A stretch of DNA of 53,681 nucleotides, from the NCBI GenBank assembly GCA_964540545.1, contig CAZINA010000001.1:5562-59242 (forward strand). The letters run 5' to 3'. Position numbers and translations under genes: made by a program. The DNA comes from an uncultured Candidatus Bathyarchaeia archaeon (GTDB taxonomy: Archaea; Thermoproteota; Bathyarchaeia; Bathyarchaeales; Bathycorpusculaceae). Below the pieces are notes generated by a model. The model had not been told where the DNA came from. It worked only from the letters and a program-made list of their open reading frames with translations, and made no database searches. Numbering within the stretch: position 1 is the first letter of the stretch; every line of letters starts with the position of its first letter. Shown in pieces: positions 8,565 through 18,181 of this stretch.

Positions 8565-9558
8565 CTACTTTTCCTCTATCAGATCTGATAAACCTTGAAA
8601 ACTGAGCCAATAATGCACTTAATTGAACATCAGCATTTGCACCTTGTGTAAGACGATAATCATACTCGCCTATGATGTTAGTAAGCTCGGCCTTTTCATA
8701 ATCAGATAGATAAGAAACTTTCATCAGTTCCCTTTGCATTTGGCGCACTATTTCTGAGCCTGAAAACCCATATTGGCCTATCAGATCATACATCATCTTT
8801 CGGGCTTCAATGAAATGACCATTGAGAGCTTTATTGAGCATGAGTTGCACTTGTTTTGGACTGGCTTCACCAACCACTTTAGAAACAGTTTGGGCGTCTA
8901 TTTCACCGCTGCCATAAGCTGCGGCAGTTTGTAGCGCGTTTATGGCGTGTCTTAGGTCTCCATCAGAGTATTCCACTATTTTTTCGGCAACTTCAACAGA
9001 GATCGCAAGTTGTTCTTTTTTAGCAATGTCTTGGATGTGAGCCACCATAGCTTGTTTATCTAGTTTTGAGAAGCGAAAAATAGCGCATCGGCTCTGAATT
9101 GGTTCAATTATCTTGCTAGAATAGTTGCATATCAGAATAAACCTGCTAGTTCTAGAACTAGTTTCCATTATTCGCCTAAGTGCTGTTTGAGCGGGCCCAG
9201 TCATCTGATCGCTTTCATCTAATATTATAAGCGAAAAAGGAGCCTTTCCAAGACCCGTCCGGCCATAACGCGAGAAATCTTTCACTCTGTCCCTTACAGT
9301 GTTAATTCCTCTTTCATCAGATGCATTAAGTTCTAACGTAAAACTTTTCCATTGTTCACCGAATAATTCTCGTGCTATACATAACGCAGCAGTTGTTTTT
9401 CCAGTGCCTGGAATACCCGCAAAGAGTAGATGCGGCATCGTATTGGGATTTTTAAGAAAAGCTTCAAGGCTCTCTACAACATGTCGTAAATCCACAATAT
9501 CACGCAGATATTTTGGGCGGTATTTTTCAACCCACATAACTTTTTCGTTATTTATCAA
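8554..9558 (-). CDS. rfcS: replication factor C small subunit
   Basis: 334 aa. It contains WVEKYRP, GIPGTGKTT, IILDESD, the SRC motif (PIQSRCAIFRF) and no intein. The start could instead be ATG at 9537. Confidence 0.95.
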   Translation of the reverse strand: MINNEKVMWVEKYRPKYLRDIVDLRHVVESLEAFLKNPNTMPHLLFAGIPGTGKTTAALCIARELFGEQWKSFTLELNASDERGINTVRDRVKDFSRYGRTGLGKAPFSLIILDESDQMTGPAQTALRRIMETSSRTSRFILICNYSSKIIEPIQSRCAIFRFSKLDKQAMVAHIQDIAKKEQLAISVEVAEKIVEYSDGDLRHAINALQTAAAYGSGEIDAQTVSKVVGEASPKQVQLMLNKALNGHFIEARKMMYDLIGQYGFSGSEIVRQMQRELMKVSYLSDYEKAELTNIIGEYDYRLTQGANADVQLSALLAQFSRFIRSDRGKVVDG

Positions 9559-9803
9559 AGAGATTATGCTCCAGTAACAGTGACAGTTAACGTGTTAAGT
9601 TAGACTAATTTGTTTTTCTATATCACATCTGGATACTTGGGATTTTTATACGTTCCTTTTGAAGTAGAAATATCATGACTGCTTATTCAGGGTGATGTTG
9701 AAAGGTCACGCGCATTGTTGAACCCAAAACTAGTGGAAATCTCATCCATATATTCCGTTATTACCTGAATTTACTTACATTAATTTCAAAATTCAGAGGA
9801 AGG

Positions 9804-9819
9804 CGAAAAACGTTTTTCG
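9804..9819. repeat. perfect 16-bp palindrome CGAAAAACGTTTTTCG in the rfcS / gltB-like intergenic region
   Basis: Read directly from the sequence. The first half, CGAAAAAC, is the reverse complement of the second half, GTTTTTCG. Confidence 0.9.
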
Positions 9820-9891
9820 AACATAATTAAACAAGGTCTAATAAATGCTGATTTTATCAGTTGCTCTGGGCAGAGATGCCTTTTTGCCATC

Positions 9892-9964
9892 GCCAAACAT
9901 TCACCGTGTATATAAGGAAAAGAGAAAAACATTTCTTATAACGCGTTTTCCTTGAATGTTTGGC
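9892..9964. promoter_or_regulatory. 12-bp perfect inverted repeat (GCCAAACATTCA ... TGAATGTTTGGC) bracketing a TATA-like element
   Basis: The arms are at 9892-9903 and 9953-9964, with TATATAA at 9909-9915 between them. The element lies roughly 50-130 nt upstream of the gltB-like start. The repeat is certain; a regulatory role is inferred. Confidence 0.4.
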
Positions 9965-10022
9965 AAATCATTATATATACAAAATCCACATTTATTTAAA
10001 AAAAAATTAAAAGGTGTTAAAA

Positions 10023-11612
10023 ATGAATTTAAGAAAACCAAACTCGAACGAAGCAACCAGCACATTCAATCGATCAAGAAACGTCGTACCCATGTCAGGC
10101 ATATGTTCAAGATGTGTCGATGGATGTAAAGGTGGCTGTGAAATTTGGTTATCGTCATTTAGAGGCCGTGAAGTACTGTACCCCGGACCATTCGGAGGAG
10201 TGACCGCAGGTGCAGACAAAAACTACCCAGTAGACTACTCCCATCTTAACATTCAAGGTTACGCTGTGGGAGCCAAAGGTCTTCCCGAAGGAGTAGAAGG
10301 TGGCCCAGATACAGCTTTTTTCCCTAAAGTGGATATGGAAACAGAGTATGGATGGGACAAAAAAGTCAAGCTACGAGTTCCAATCTTCACTGGCGCATTA
10401 GGTTCCACGGAGATAGCTAGGAAGAACTGGGAACACTTCGCCATAGGAGCCGCCATTGCAGGCATCACCCTTGTTTGCGGCGAAAACGTTTGCGGAATCG
10501 ACCCCAGCCTCGAGTTAGACAGCAACGGCAAAATCACAAAATCGCCCGAAATGGACAGGCGAATAGAAGTTTATAGGAGATTCTACGAAGGCTATGGAGA
10601 ACTCCTTGTCCAGATGAACGTGGAAGACACCCGATTTGGAGTAGCGGAATACGTTTCATCAAAACACAACCTGGACACAATTGAACTCAAGTGGGGACAG
10701 GGAGCCAAATGTATAGGCGGAGAAATCAAAGTTAAAAGCGTGAAGCGAGCTGCCGAACTCAAAAAGAGAGGCTACGTTGTTTCCCCTGACCCGACATTAA
10801 GTGAAAACCAAACAGCATTTGAAAAAGGAGCAATCAAAGACTTCGAACGCCACTCCCGACTAGGTTTTGTAACTAAAGAAGCCTTCTTGGAAGAAGTTGA
10901 TCGACTCCGCGGATTAGGATTCAAACGAATCACCATGAAGACCGGCGCGTATTCTGCTGTAGAACTGGCTATGGCACTACGTTACGGCGCTGAAGCAAAA
11001 CTGGACCTGCTAACAATTGATGGCGCTCCAGGCGGCACAGGCATGAGTCCCTGGCCAATGATGAACGAGTGGGGAATCCCAACGTTCTACCTGCAAGCAC
11101 TCACATACAACCACTGCGAAAAACTCGCGAAAAGAGGCATCAGAGTCCCTGACCTAGCTATCGCAGGTGGCTTCTCAAGTGAAGACGGCGTTTTCAAGGC
11201 GCTCGCCATGGGCAGCCCGTACGTTAAAGCGGTTTGCATGGGAAGAGGCTTAATGATACCCGGCATGGTTGGCAAGAACATCGGAAACTGGCTAGCTGAA
11301 GGCAACTTGCCCAACTCAGTCTCCAAGTATGGCAAATCCGCTAACGAAATCTTTGTTGCCTACGCTGAACTTGAAGAAAAGTTTGGTTCAAAAATGAAAG
11401 ACATACCTTTGGGCGCTGTCGGCATCTACACTTACTGTCAAAAGTTCAAAGTTGGATTGCAACAGTTGATGGCTGGAAGCAGAAACTTTAGACTCTCAAC
11501 GATATCCCGCAGGGACCTCATGGCTTTAACGGAAGAAGCAGCAAAAATCTCAGGCATACCATACGTGATGGCTGCCTACAGTAACGAAGCAAACGCAATT
11601 TTGGATGAATAA
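10023..11612 (+). CDS. FMN-binding glutamate synthase family protein (GltB domain-2-like, COG0069)
   Basis: It has an N-terminal Cys cluster (CSRCVDGCKGGCE), plus KWGQGAKCIGGE, IDGAPGGTGMSP and IAGGFSSEDGVFKALAMG, matching the glutamate synthase FMN-domain signatures. I prefer ATG 10023 to the track GTG at 10014. Confidence 0.8.
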   Translation: MNLRKPNSNEATSTFNRSRNVVPMSGICSRCVDGCKGGCEIWLSSFRGREVLYPGPFGGVTAGADKNYPVDYSHLNIQGYAVGAKGLPEGVEGGPDTAFFPKVDMETEYGWDKKVKLRVPIFTGALGSTEIARKNWEHFAIGAAIAGITLVCGENVCGIDPSLELDSNGKITKSPEMDRRIEVYRRFYEGYGELLVQMNVEDTRFGVAEYVSSKHNLDTIELKWGQGAKCIGGEIKVKSVKRAAELKKRGYVVSPDPTLSENQTAFEKGAIKDFERHSRLGFVTKEAFLEEVDRLRGLGFKRITMKTGAYSAVELAMALRYGAEAKLDLLTIDGAPGGTGMSPWPMMNEWGIPTFYLQALTYNHCEKLAKRGIRVPDLAIAGGFSSEDGVFKALAMGSPYVKAVCMGRGLMIPGMVGKNIGNWLAEGNLPNSVSKYGKSANEIFVAYAELEEKFGSKMKDIPLGAVGIYTYCQKFKVGLQQLMAGSRNFRLSTISRRDLMALTEEAAKISGIPYVMAAYSNEANAILDE

Positions 11613-11655
11613 AACATCCAACCACCTTTTTTCGTTTCCGTAATTCCCACAGTTC

Positions 11656-11663
11656 TTTTTTTT
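11656..11663 (+). terminator. oligo-T tract (T8), candidate archaeal intrinsic terminator after the gltB-like gene
   Basis: T6 at 11627-11632 and T8 at 11656-11663 lie directly downstream of the stop at 11612. A TATA-like AAATTATAAAG follows before gdh. Confidence 0.35.
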
Positions 11664-11753
11664 AATCATGCAGCATCCTTGGAAGAGCGGCAGAGCGGTA
11701 AAAGCAATTCTTAATAGCTGAAGGTGAACACCTAAATTATAAAGGGATGTTTT

Positions 11754-13001
11754 ATGACTCATCACACCGCTTTGACTGTGGCTCAAGAACAGTTGAAATT
11801 AGCTGTGGAAAAATTGGGATTGGACCCAGGAATTCATGGGATACTGAAGAAACCCAAGCGTTCCCTCATAGTTTCTGTCACCATAAAGATGGATAACGGC
11901 GACATAGGCGTCTTTGACGGAGTCCGCGTGCAACACTGGGACGTGAAAGGACCGTTCAAAGGCGGCATTAGATACCATCCTGACTTAACTATGGACGACG
12001 TAACTGCGCTTGCGATGTGGATGACTTGGAAGTGCGCCATCGCCGATTTGCCTTACGGCGGAGCGAAAGGCGGAATATGCTGCAACCCAAAAGAACTGTC
12101 AAAGGACGAACTGGAACGCCTCACCAGAAGGTACGTGAGCCTAATTTTTGATTATCTTGGACCTCACAGAGACATACCAGCACCAGATGTCTACACAAAC
12201 GAGCAGACCATGGCTTGGATTATGGACACGTACAGCCAGCTTAAAGGATACAGCGTTCCCGAAAGCGTCACTGGAAAACCCGTGGAAGTAGGCGGTTCCG
12301 AAGGCAGAGTATGCGCCACATCGCTGGGTTTAGCTTTCTGCACGAGGGAAGCAGCAAAAATCTTGAAAATGAACATGAAAAACGCGACGGTTGCAGTGCA
12401 AGGCTACGGGAACGTCGGATACAACGCTGCCAGCATTATGCACAGTTTAGGCTGCAAAGTGGTCGCAGTAAGCGATTCATCAGGCGGAATCTACTGTTCA
12501 GATGGCATAAATCCGTCCGCCGTATACGAGCACAAGAAAAAAACGGGTTCAGTGGTTAACCATAAAAACTGCGTTAATATAACAAACGAGGAACTGTTGC
12601 AAACAAAATGTGACATACTTATTCCAGCGGCTTTACAGAACCAGATAACCAAGGATAATGCGGATGAAATTAAAGTTAAGATAGTGGCGGAAGGTGCGAA
12701 TGGACCTACCACCCCCGAAGCAGACAAGGTGCTTCACGAGAAAGGAACCTGCTTGATACCGGATATTCTAGCTAACTCGGGAGGGGTTACGGTGAGCTAT
12801 TTTGAGTGGGTGCAAAACTTGACAAGGGAACACTGGACATTGAACGAAGTTAACGGAAAACTGAAAAACAAAATAACCAAATCGTTCTATGACGTGCAGA
12901 AGCTATCGAAGGAGGAAGAAAGCGACATGAGAACAGCCGCTTTGATGCTTGGAGTGGGAAGAGTTGCCAGCGCAATAGCGACATTGGGACTTTGGCCTTA
13001 A
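11754..13001 (+). CDS. gdhA: glutamate dehydrogenase (Glu/Leu/Phe/Val dehydrogenase family)
   Basis: 415 aa. It contains GPFKGGIRYHP, LPYGGAKGG and the NAD(P) fold VAVQGYGNVGYNAA, followed by the ANGPTTPEAD region. Confidence 0.9.
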   Translation: MTHHTALTVAQEQLKLAVEKLGLDPGIHGILKKPKRSLIVSVTIKMDNGDIGVFDGVRVQHWDVKGPFKGGIRYHPDLTMDDVTALAMWMTWKCAIADLPYGGAKGGICCNPKELSKDELERLTRRYVSLIFDYLGPHRDIPAPDVYTNEQTMAWIMDTYSQLKGYSVPESVTGKPVEVGGSEGRVCATSLGLAFCTREAAKILKMNMKNATVAVQGYGNVGYNAASIMHSLGCKVVAVSDSSGGIYCSDGINPSAVYEHKKKTGSVVNHKNCVNITNEELLQTKCDILIPAALQNQITKDNADEIKVKIVAEGANGPTTPEADKVLHEKGTCLIPDILANSGGVTVSYFEWVQNLTREHWTLNEVNGKLKNKITKSFYDVQKLSKEEESDMRTAALMLGVGRVASAIATLGLWP

Positions 13002-13124
13002 GTTCGTGGATTCAAGCTCCCTAAATTATCATATGTTTGCTCTAAATCTTTAAACGGCTCTTTTTATATCCTGTTTTAGTGCATAGAGTAGAGCGTAGAG
13101 GACTGAAGGGGAGAATAAACAGGG

Positions 13125-13679
13125 ATGCCCATGGAAATCGAGAAGTTGGATTTTTGTTTTGAAAACTTACTTGTAAGAGTTACAGCGGATAAAAATCATC
13201 CTGAAATCAAACTTGCTGGGTTATCGGTGGGTCCTTTTGAAGAAGGAAACGATTATGAATTGTATTACTGGATAGCACAGGAACTTGCGGGGGCGGGAAT
13301 TGTTCATTTCCGTGAAGATGACCTTTTGAAAGCAACTGCGCTTTACAAGATTCAATGGAAAGAGCGCGTGCAAATAGCCGGGCAAATATCAGAGCTTAAA
13401 GAAGACTTCTACCCTAAACTCCGCCGTTACCTCGCAGACATCAAAGCTGAAATAGCGAAACACCCGGAGAAAGCACAAGAATACGAGAAAACCAAGCATT
13501 TAGCATGGGACATCGTTAACTCCAGATTGAAGAAGATAATTGCTTTGTCTTCAGGTCCAGTGCAAACTGGGCAGATACAGAAAAAACTTACATGTGAGGA
13601 GCGATTCATTTACGAGCAACTCGGTAGGATAATCAACGAGTGGAAAGCGCAGATACTAGACTTTGAAGGAGAAAGATGA
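13125..13679 (+). CDS. GINS complex subunit (Gins23-type), translationally coupled to mcm
   Basis: 184 aa. LYYWIAQELAGAGIV...LYKIQWKE...DFYPKLRRYL resembles GINS proteins. Its stop overlaps the MCM ATG (ATGA at 13676-13679). Gins23-mcm linkage is known from Sulfolobus. Confidence 0.7.
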   Translation: MPMEIEKLDFCFENLLVRVTADKNHPEIKLAGLSVGPFEEGNDYELYYWIAQELAGAGIVHFREDDLLKATALYKIQWKERVQIAGQISELKEDFYPKLRRYLADIKAEIAKHPEKAQEYEKTKHLAWDIVNSRLKKIIALSSGPVQTGQIQKKLTCEERFIYEQLGRIINEWKAQILDFEGER

Positions 13680-15721
13680 ACAAAATGGCCCGCGAGCTAT
13701 CAACCGTAGACCCTCAGGAACGCTTCTTGGAATTCTTCAAGAAAGAAAAGTATCGTCAGAAAATCTCGCAGATGGCTATAGCCGGCAGAGAATCTATAAC
13801 CGTGGATTTTGAGGAAATTTTCGGTTTTGATCAAAGACTCGCGGAGAAATTGATGGAGAAACCAGAAGACTTTCTGCAACACGCAGGCAACGCGGCTTAT
13901 GCCCAACTCGGGATTGAAGACGCTGAGTACGCGGGGAAAATTGAGAAAGTAATCGTTAGAATTGTAAATCTGCTGGGTAAAGAGCAACTGCGAAAACTCG
14001 GCTCAAAGCAGATGGGAAAACTAGTTATGGTTGAGGGTATAGTCGTCCGAGCCACTCCAGTTCGCCCCATGGTTATGAACGCCGCATTCAGATGCAAACG
14101 ATGCGGAACAGTAAATCATATAGAACAAACGGGTCAATTCTTGAAGGCGCCACCCGTGTGTCCCAGTCCAGATTGCGGAAGGGATGGCCCATTCGAGTTC
14201 GTTCAAGACGAGTCCACCTTCATAGATTCACAAGAGCTGCGGCTTCAAGAAAGACCTGAAGACCTGCCACCTGGTCAGCTTCCCCGCACGTTAAACGTGA
14301 AGCTTGTTGGAAGCGAAATAGTTGATCTTGCCAGACCCGGCGACCATGTTTCAATAGTTGGAATAGTTCAAGCTTTCGCGCCCTCGCGTCCTGGAATCGG
14401 TAAACTACGCATTTTCATTTTGCATTTAGATGCCAATTCGATAGAAGTTTTGGGTAAAGAGCCAGAGTCAAGGCCTCCATCACAGGAAGAGGAAGAGAAA
14501 ATTCTGGCACTTTCAAAAGACCCGCAGGTTCATAAGAAGCTATTGAGTTCAATAGCGCCCTCAATCTACGGGTACGATCACATTAAGGAAGCTATCATGT
14601 ACCTTCTTTTTGGCGGTGTATCAAAAAGCCTGCCAGACATAACCATAAGAGGGGAAATGAACGCGCTTTTAATCGGTGACCCTGGCACAGCAAAATCGCA
14701 GCTTTTGCAATATGTGGCGAAGATAGCACCGCGCGGCTTGTATACGTCAGGGCGTGGAACAACCGCCGCCGGTTTGACCGCAGCGGTAATACGAGAGAAG
14801 GGAGGCAGCATGAGTCTCGAAGCGGGCGCATTAGTGTTAGCTGACAAGGGAATAGCGTGTATAGACGAAATGGATAAAATGCGTCCTGAAGACCGAGTTG
14901 CAATACACGAAGCTATGGAGCAACACACTGTTTCCGTTGCAAAAGGTGGCATAGTTGCTACGTTGAATGCGCGAACTGCCATGCTCGCTGCGGCTAACCC
15001 ATCTTTGGGCAGATATGAACCGCATCGAACTGTGGCTGAGAACATATCTCTTCCAGTAACAATCCTGTCTCGATTCGACTTGATTTTCGTGCTTAGAGAT
15101 GTACCGGACAAAAAAGCTGATGCAAAAATGTCAGAGCACATCCTTGAAATTCACAGGCGAGGGGCAAGCCCTGTGGAAGCGCAAGTAGACGCAGATCTCA
15201 TGCGAAAATACGTAAGCTACGCTAAAGCAATTAAGCCAGTGTTAAGCAAGGACGCGTTGAAGCATCTTAAGGAGTTCTATTTGGCAATGCGTTCAGCAAG
15301 CGAAACAGAAGGCTCGCCTGTGGCAATAACTGCACGGCAGCTTGAGTCGCTTGTTCGTATAGCTGAGGCAAGAGCGCGCGTAGCTCTAAGGAAAGAAGTT
15401 TCAGCTGAGGATGCAGATTCAGCGATAGCGATTATGAAGAGGTCTTTGGAGGAAGTTGGAATAGACTTGTCTTCGTACAAAATGGACATTGACTTGATAA
15501 TGACCGGGAGACCCAAGAGCGTTAGAGACAAGATGCAGGTAGTTCTTTCAGTGCTGATTGAAATGGAAAAGGAAACGGGCATGGTTGAAAAGGCAGCGCT
15601 CGTAAGCGAGTTAGAGGAAAAGCATAAAATCCCAAGAGCTGAAACTGAACGGATGCTATGGCAGTTGCTGCGTGAAGGCACGATCTATGAACACAGAGAA
15701 GGCTACCTAAAGAAAACATGA
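13676..15721 (+). CDS. mcm: minichromosome maintenance (MCM) replicative helicase
   Basis: 681 aa. It has a zinc motif (CKRCG...CPSPDCG), the Walker A GDPGTAKS, the Walker B CIDEMDKM, the arginine finger region SRFDLIF and a C-terminal winged-helix tail. Confidence 0.95.
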   Translation: MNKMARELSTVDPQERFLEFFKKEKYRQKISQMAIAGRESITVDFEEIFGFDQRLAEKLMEKPEDFLQHAGNAAYAQLGIEDAEYAGKIEKVIVRIVNLLGKEQLRKLGSKQMGKLVMVEGIVVRATPVRPMVMNAAFRCKRCGTVNHIEQTGQFLKAPPVCPSPDCGRDGPFEFVQDESTFIDSQELRLQERPEDLPPGQLPRTLNVKLVGSEIVDLARPGDHVSIVGIVQAFAPSRPGIGKLRIFILHLDANSIEVLGKEPESRPPSQEEEEKILALSKDPQVHKKLLSSIAPSIYGYDHIKEAIMYLLFGGVSKSLPDITIRGEMNALLIGDPGTAKSQLLQYVAKIAPRGLYTSGRGTTAAGLTAAVIREKGGSMSLEAGALVLADKGIACIDEMDKMRPEDRVAIHEAMEQHTVSVAKGGIVATLNARTAMLAAANPSLGRYEPHRTVAENISLPVTILSRFDLIFVLRDVPDKKADAKMSEHILEIHRRGASPVEAQVDADLMRKYVSYAKAIKPVLSKDALKHLKEFYLAMRSASETEGSPVAITARQLESLVRIAEARARVALRKEVSAEDADSAIAIMKRSLEEVGIDLSSYKMDIDLIMTGRPKSVRDKMQVVLSVLIEMEKETGMVEKAALVSELEEKHKIPRAETERMLWQLLREGTIYEHREGYLKKT

Positions 15722-15773
15722 AAACAATAATTGTTGTTGCAAGAATAAGCCAGAAGCCAGTGGTGTTGTCTGC

Positions 15774-16547
15774 TTAGGAGATGTAGGTTGTTTTCTTGTC
15801 TTCTTCTTTGCGTGTTTCCTCAGCCTGCAGAGCCCTTTTTTCTTCAATTTCCTGTAAACGCGTTACCATCGTTTCGGCTTTAGCAATCTCTTCGTTCAGA
15901 TCGTTCAGATCCGCGTCAAAGTTGAATGTTGACTTCAAAACTTCTAAAACGCTTCTTGCCGCTAAAGGGTCAGGTAGATAACCACGGGTTTCTCCCAGAA
16001 GGCAGAGGGCGCTGATTTTCCTGAAACGTGCCAGTCCGAGGATCAGCCCTGCAGTGCCGACTATGGGGCTTCCCGAGTTGCTTAAAGCTGCGCCGGCGTT
16101 TAAGGCTTTGTCTAAAAGTTCTTGGTCTGTGGCTGCTGCGAAAACGTTGGGTTTGTCTTTTGTTTCCATTCGGTAACCGCCGATGGTTACGATTGTTTTA
16201 ACGCTGTGTTTCTGTGAGAAGTCAAGCATGTGGTCTGCGATTTCGTATTGTCCTTCAATGGTTTGTGACTGGCTGTCGCCGGTGAAGAGTATTAGGTCGT
16301 TTGGTCCGTTTTCGTTTTTCCAGAAGTAGAATGCTCCTCGCAAGAGGCGAACGTTGCCTTTTTTGTTAACCAGCACGAAGTATGGAAAATGCGGAGAGTA
16401 TAGATGAGCGAACTTTTTCGCGTTTAACTTTTTAATTAAATAACGTATTGCGATTTTTCCGACAAGCCCTAAGCCTGGAAGGCCTTCGATTAGAATGGGA
16501 TTGTTGGGTTCGACTTGTTTGAGTTCCTTGATGTAAGTTTCTTTCAC
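15774..16547 (-). CDS. proteasome assembly chaperone PAC2-family protein
   Basis: 257 aa with a GTG start. PILIEGLPGLGLVGKIAIRYLI is the hallmark N-terminus of the archaeal PAC2 family. The start overlaps the nop10 stop (GTGA). Confidence 0.75.
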   Translation of the reverse strand: MKETYIKELKQVEPNNPILIEGLPGLGLVGKIAIRYLIKKLNAKKFAHLYSPHFPYFVLVNKKGNVRLLRGAFYFWKNENGPNDLILFTGDSQSQTIEGQYEIADHMLDFSQKHSVKTIVTIGGYRMETKDKPNVFAAATDQELLDKALNAGAALSNSGSPIVGTAGLILGLARFRKISALCLLGETRGYLPDPLAARSVLEVLKSTFNFDADLNDLNEEIAKAETMVTRLQEIEEKRALQAEETRKEEDKKTTYIS

Positions 16548-16714
16548 TTTGCCGCATTCTCCTTTTTCATAGCCATCCTGTATTTGAGGTATTTATCGTC
16601 AGGGGAAAATTTTGCTGGATGAGGTATTCGCACGTTCCCACTGCAGTATGGACACCCATTAGTCTTTAAGGTGTATTTGCCACATTGTTCACATTTCCTT
16701 AAAAGCCAACCCAC
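16544..16714 (-). CDS. nop10: H/ACA RNP subunit Nop10
   Basis: 56-aa ORF, shorter than any entry in the track. Hand translation: MGWLLRKCEQCGKYTLKTNGCPYCSGNVRIPHPAKFSPDDKYLKYRMAMKKENAAK. It has a zinc ribbon plus the PHPAKFSPDDKY motif. GTG at 16714 overlaps the eIF2alpha TAG by 1 nt. Confidence 0.85.
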   Translation of the reverse strand: MGWLLRKCEQCGKYTLKTNGCPYCSGNVRIPHPAKFSPDDKYLKYRMAMKKENAAK

Positions 16715-17502
16715 TATTTCTCCCTTCTAAAGCTACCCTGACCACCAGCCTTGACTATATTTGATATTACATTTTGGGAGACTTTCTGCAGAACTTCTTC
16801 TGCCCGCTTGTAGTTTTCCGCGGACACTTCCAAACTATATTTTGGGGCAGCGATTACGTAGAATCGCACGTCTGCGTCTTTTGGTTTTTCTGTTTTTTTG
16901 GCTTTAAGGAACGAGTCTTGGATGACTTTAACGCCGTTAGGTGTCATGCTGCGGATTTCTAGCGTACCTTTAACCTTCACCATCTTTACACGGATTCGCT
17001 CTTCCGCAACTTCAAAGAAGGCTTTGGCGAGGTCTTCGGGGACACCCATCGCTGTCAAAACTTCGGCCCCTTCTTTAGCTACTTTTTCGAAGCCTTCGTA
17101 TAATCCGTACTTTTCTTCTAGGAGAGCTCCTGCGGTCTCATAGACTTCTTCATGTGGTAACCCGACTTTTTCTGCAACACCGCGAAGCAGGGCTTCAGCT
17201 TTTCGGTCTTGTTTCCATTGGCGTATTTTTTCGATTCGTGCTCTTTTGGTAACGCGTCTTAGGGATAAGTCTATGTGACCTTTCTCAGAGTCTACGCGTA
17301 TGACTTTTAAAACTGCTTTTTGTCCTTCGCGCACGAAGTCGCGGATGTTTCTTATCCAACTGCTGCTGATTTCGGAGACGTGTAGTAGTCCTTGTTTGTC
17401 GTATTCGTCGAGTTTCGCGTAGGCGCCGTATGTGGTTACGTTTTGTATGGTGGCTATTACTGAATCTCCGACTTCAGGCCATTGGGGCTTTCGTTCGGCC
17501 AT
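16714..17502 (-). CDS. eif2a: translation initiation factor 2 subunit alpha
   Basis: 262 aa. The S1 domain is PEVGDSVIATIQNVTTYGAYAKLDEYDKQGLLHVSEISSSWIRNIRD, followed by helical and alpha-beta domains. Confidence 0.9.
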   Translation of the reverse strand: MAERKPQWPEVGDSVIATIQNVTTYGAYAKLDEYDKQGLLHVSEISSSWIRNIRDFVREGQKAVLKVIRVDSEKGHIDLSLRRVTKRARIEKIRQWKQDRKAEALLRGVAEKVGLPHEEVYETAGALLEEKYGLYEGFEKVAKEGAEVLTAMGVPEDLAKAFFEVAEERIRVKMVKVKGTLEIRSMTPNGVKVIQDSFLKAKKTEKPKDADVRFYVIAAPKYSLEVSAENYKRAEEVLQKVSQNVISNIVKAGGQGSFRREK

Positions 17503-17515
17503 TGGTGTGTTCGTC

Positions 17516-17713
17516 CTATTCGTAGGCGGTTAGGATTTCGCCTTTGATTTTGGCTCTTCCGCCTGTTGGTTCTGCGAGTGTTTCGTCGCAGACGTTGCAG
17601 ATGACTTTGTTTACGGCGTTGCTGAAGAGGAGCTGTTCGTTTCCGCATTTCAAGCATTTTACGCGTAGGAACTTGCTTCTTGGTTTTGGAATGAGTTTAT
17701 TCCATTCTGTCAT
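17516..17713 (-). CDS. rps27e: 30S ribosomal protein S27e
   Basis: 65 aa. [43 protein letters not shown] carries the C4 zinc ribbon typical of eS27. Confidence 0.9.
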   Translation of the reverse strand: MTEWNKLIPKPRSKFLRVKCLKCGNEQLLFSNAVNKVICNVCDETLAEPTGGRAKIKGEILTAYE

Positions 17714-17726
17714 GTTTTCAGTTCTC

Positions 17727-18002
17727 CTATGTTAAGGCTAGTTTTCGCAGGCGTATGCCGTCTTTATGATGCATGTAACCGCATACTTTGCATTTGAGCC
17801 TCAGGGTTTGTTTCTTGGTGGTTTTGGCAAATTCACGTTGAAGCGGGTATTTTTGTCCACCGTAACCTTTCTTCTCTCGTTTGTGGTGGCGTTCTCCTTT
17901 AGCTAAGGCTCTTCGCTTTCCTGCCTTGTAAACACCTACGGTGTGAGTTTGATGAGCTTTACATTTTGGACAGTAGGTCCGAATTTGTTTAGGAACATTC
18001 AT
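17727..18002 (-). CDS. rpl44e: 50S ribosomal protein L44e (eL42)
   Basis: [22 protein letters not shown]...[10 protein letters not shown]...[11 protein letters not shown] prefer the internal ATG at 18002 to the track start at 18044. Confidence 0.9.
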   Translation of the reverse strand: MNVPKQIRTYCPKCKAHQTHTVGVYKAGKRRALAKGERHHKREKKGYGGQKYPLQREFAKTTKKQTLRLKCKVCGYMHHKDGIRLRKLALT

Positions 18003-18181
18003 GTTGAACACTATCCGGCTTTGCAATAGAGAAAACACACACATTCTTATACTTTTTCCGCTGTTTCCAAGGTTCTCTAACGCTTGGAACAGTCTATAGC
18101 CCCCTTATTTAAAGGAACTCTGATGCTGAGAGAAGCGCCTTGTCAGGATAGCCCCCCCTCTATAGTTTCTGCAATGAACCA

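Noticed and set aside
9730-9740. CTAGTGGAAAT resembling the core of archaeal origin recognition boxes (CCAGTGGAAAC-like)
   Set aside because: It is a single copy with no inverted partner, and there is no Orc1/Cdc6 gene nearby. A chance match is likely.
14578-15141. 187-aa minus-strand ORF inside mcm
   Set aside because: It is a shadow ORF opposite the most conserved AAA+ core of MCM. It is S/A/C-rich with no motifs.
17457-17657. 66-aa R/Q-rich minus-strand ORF
   Set aside because: It is an alternative frame overlapping S27e and the eIF2alpha start. Its low-complexity basic sequence looks like a frame artefact.
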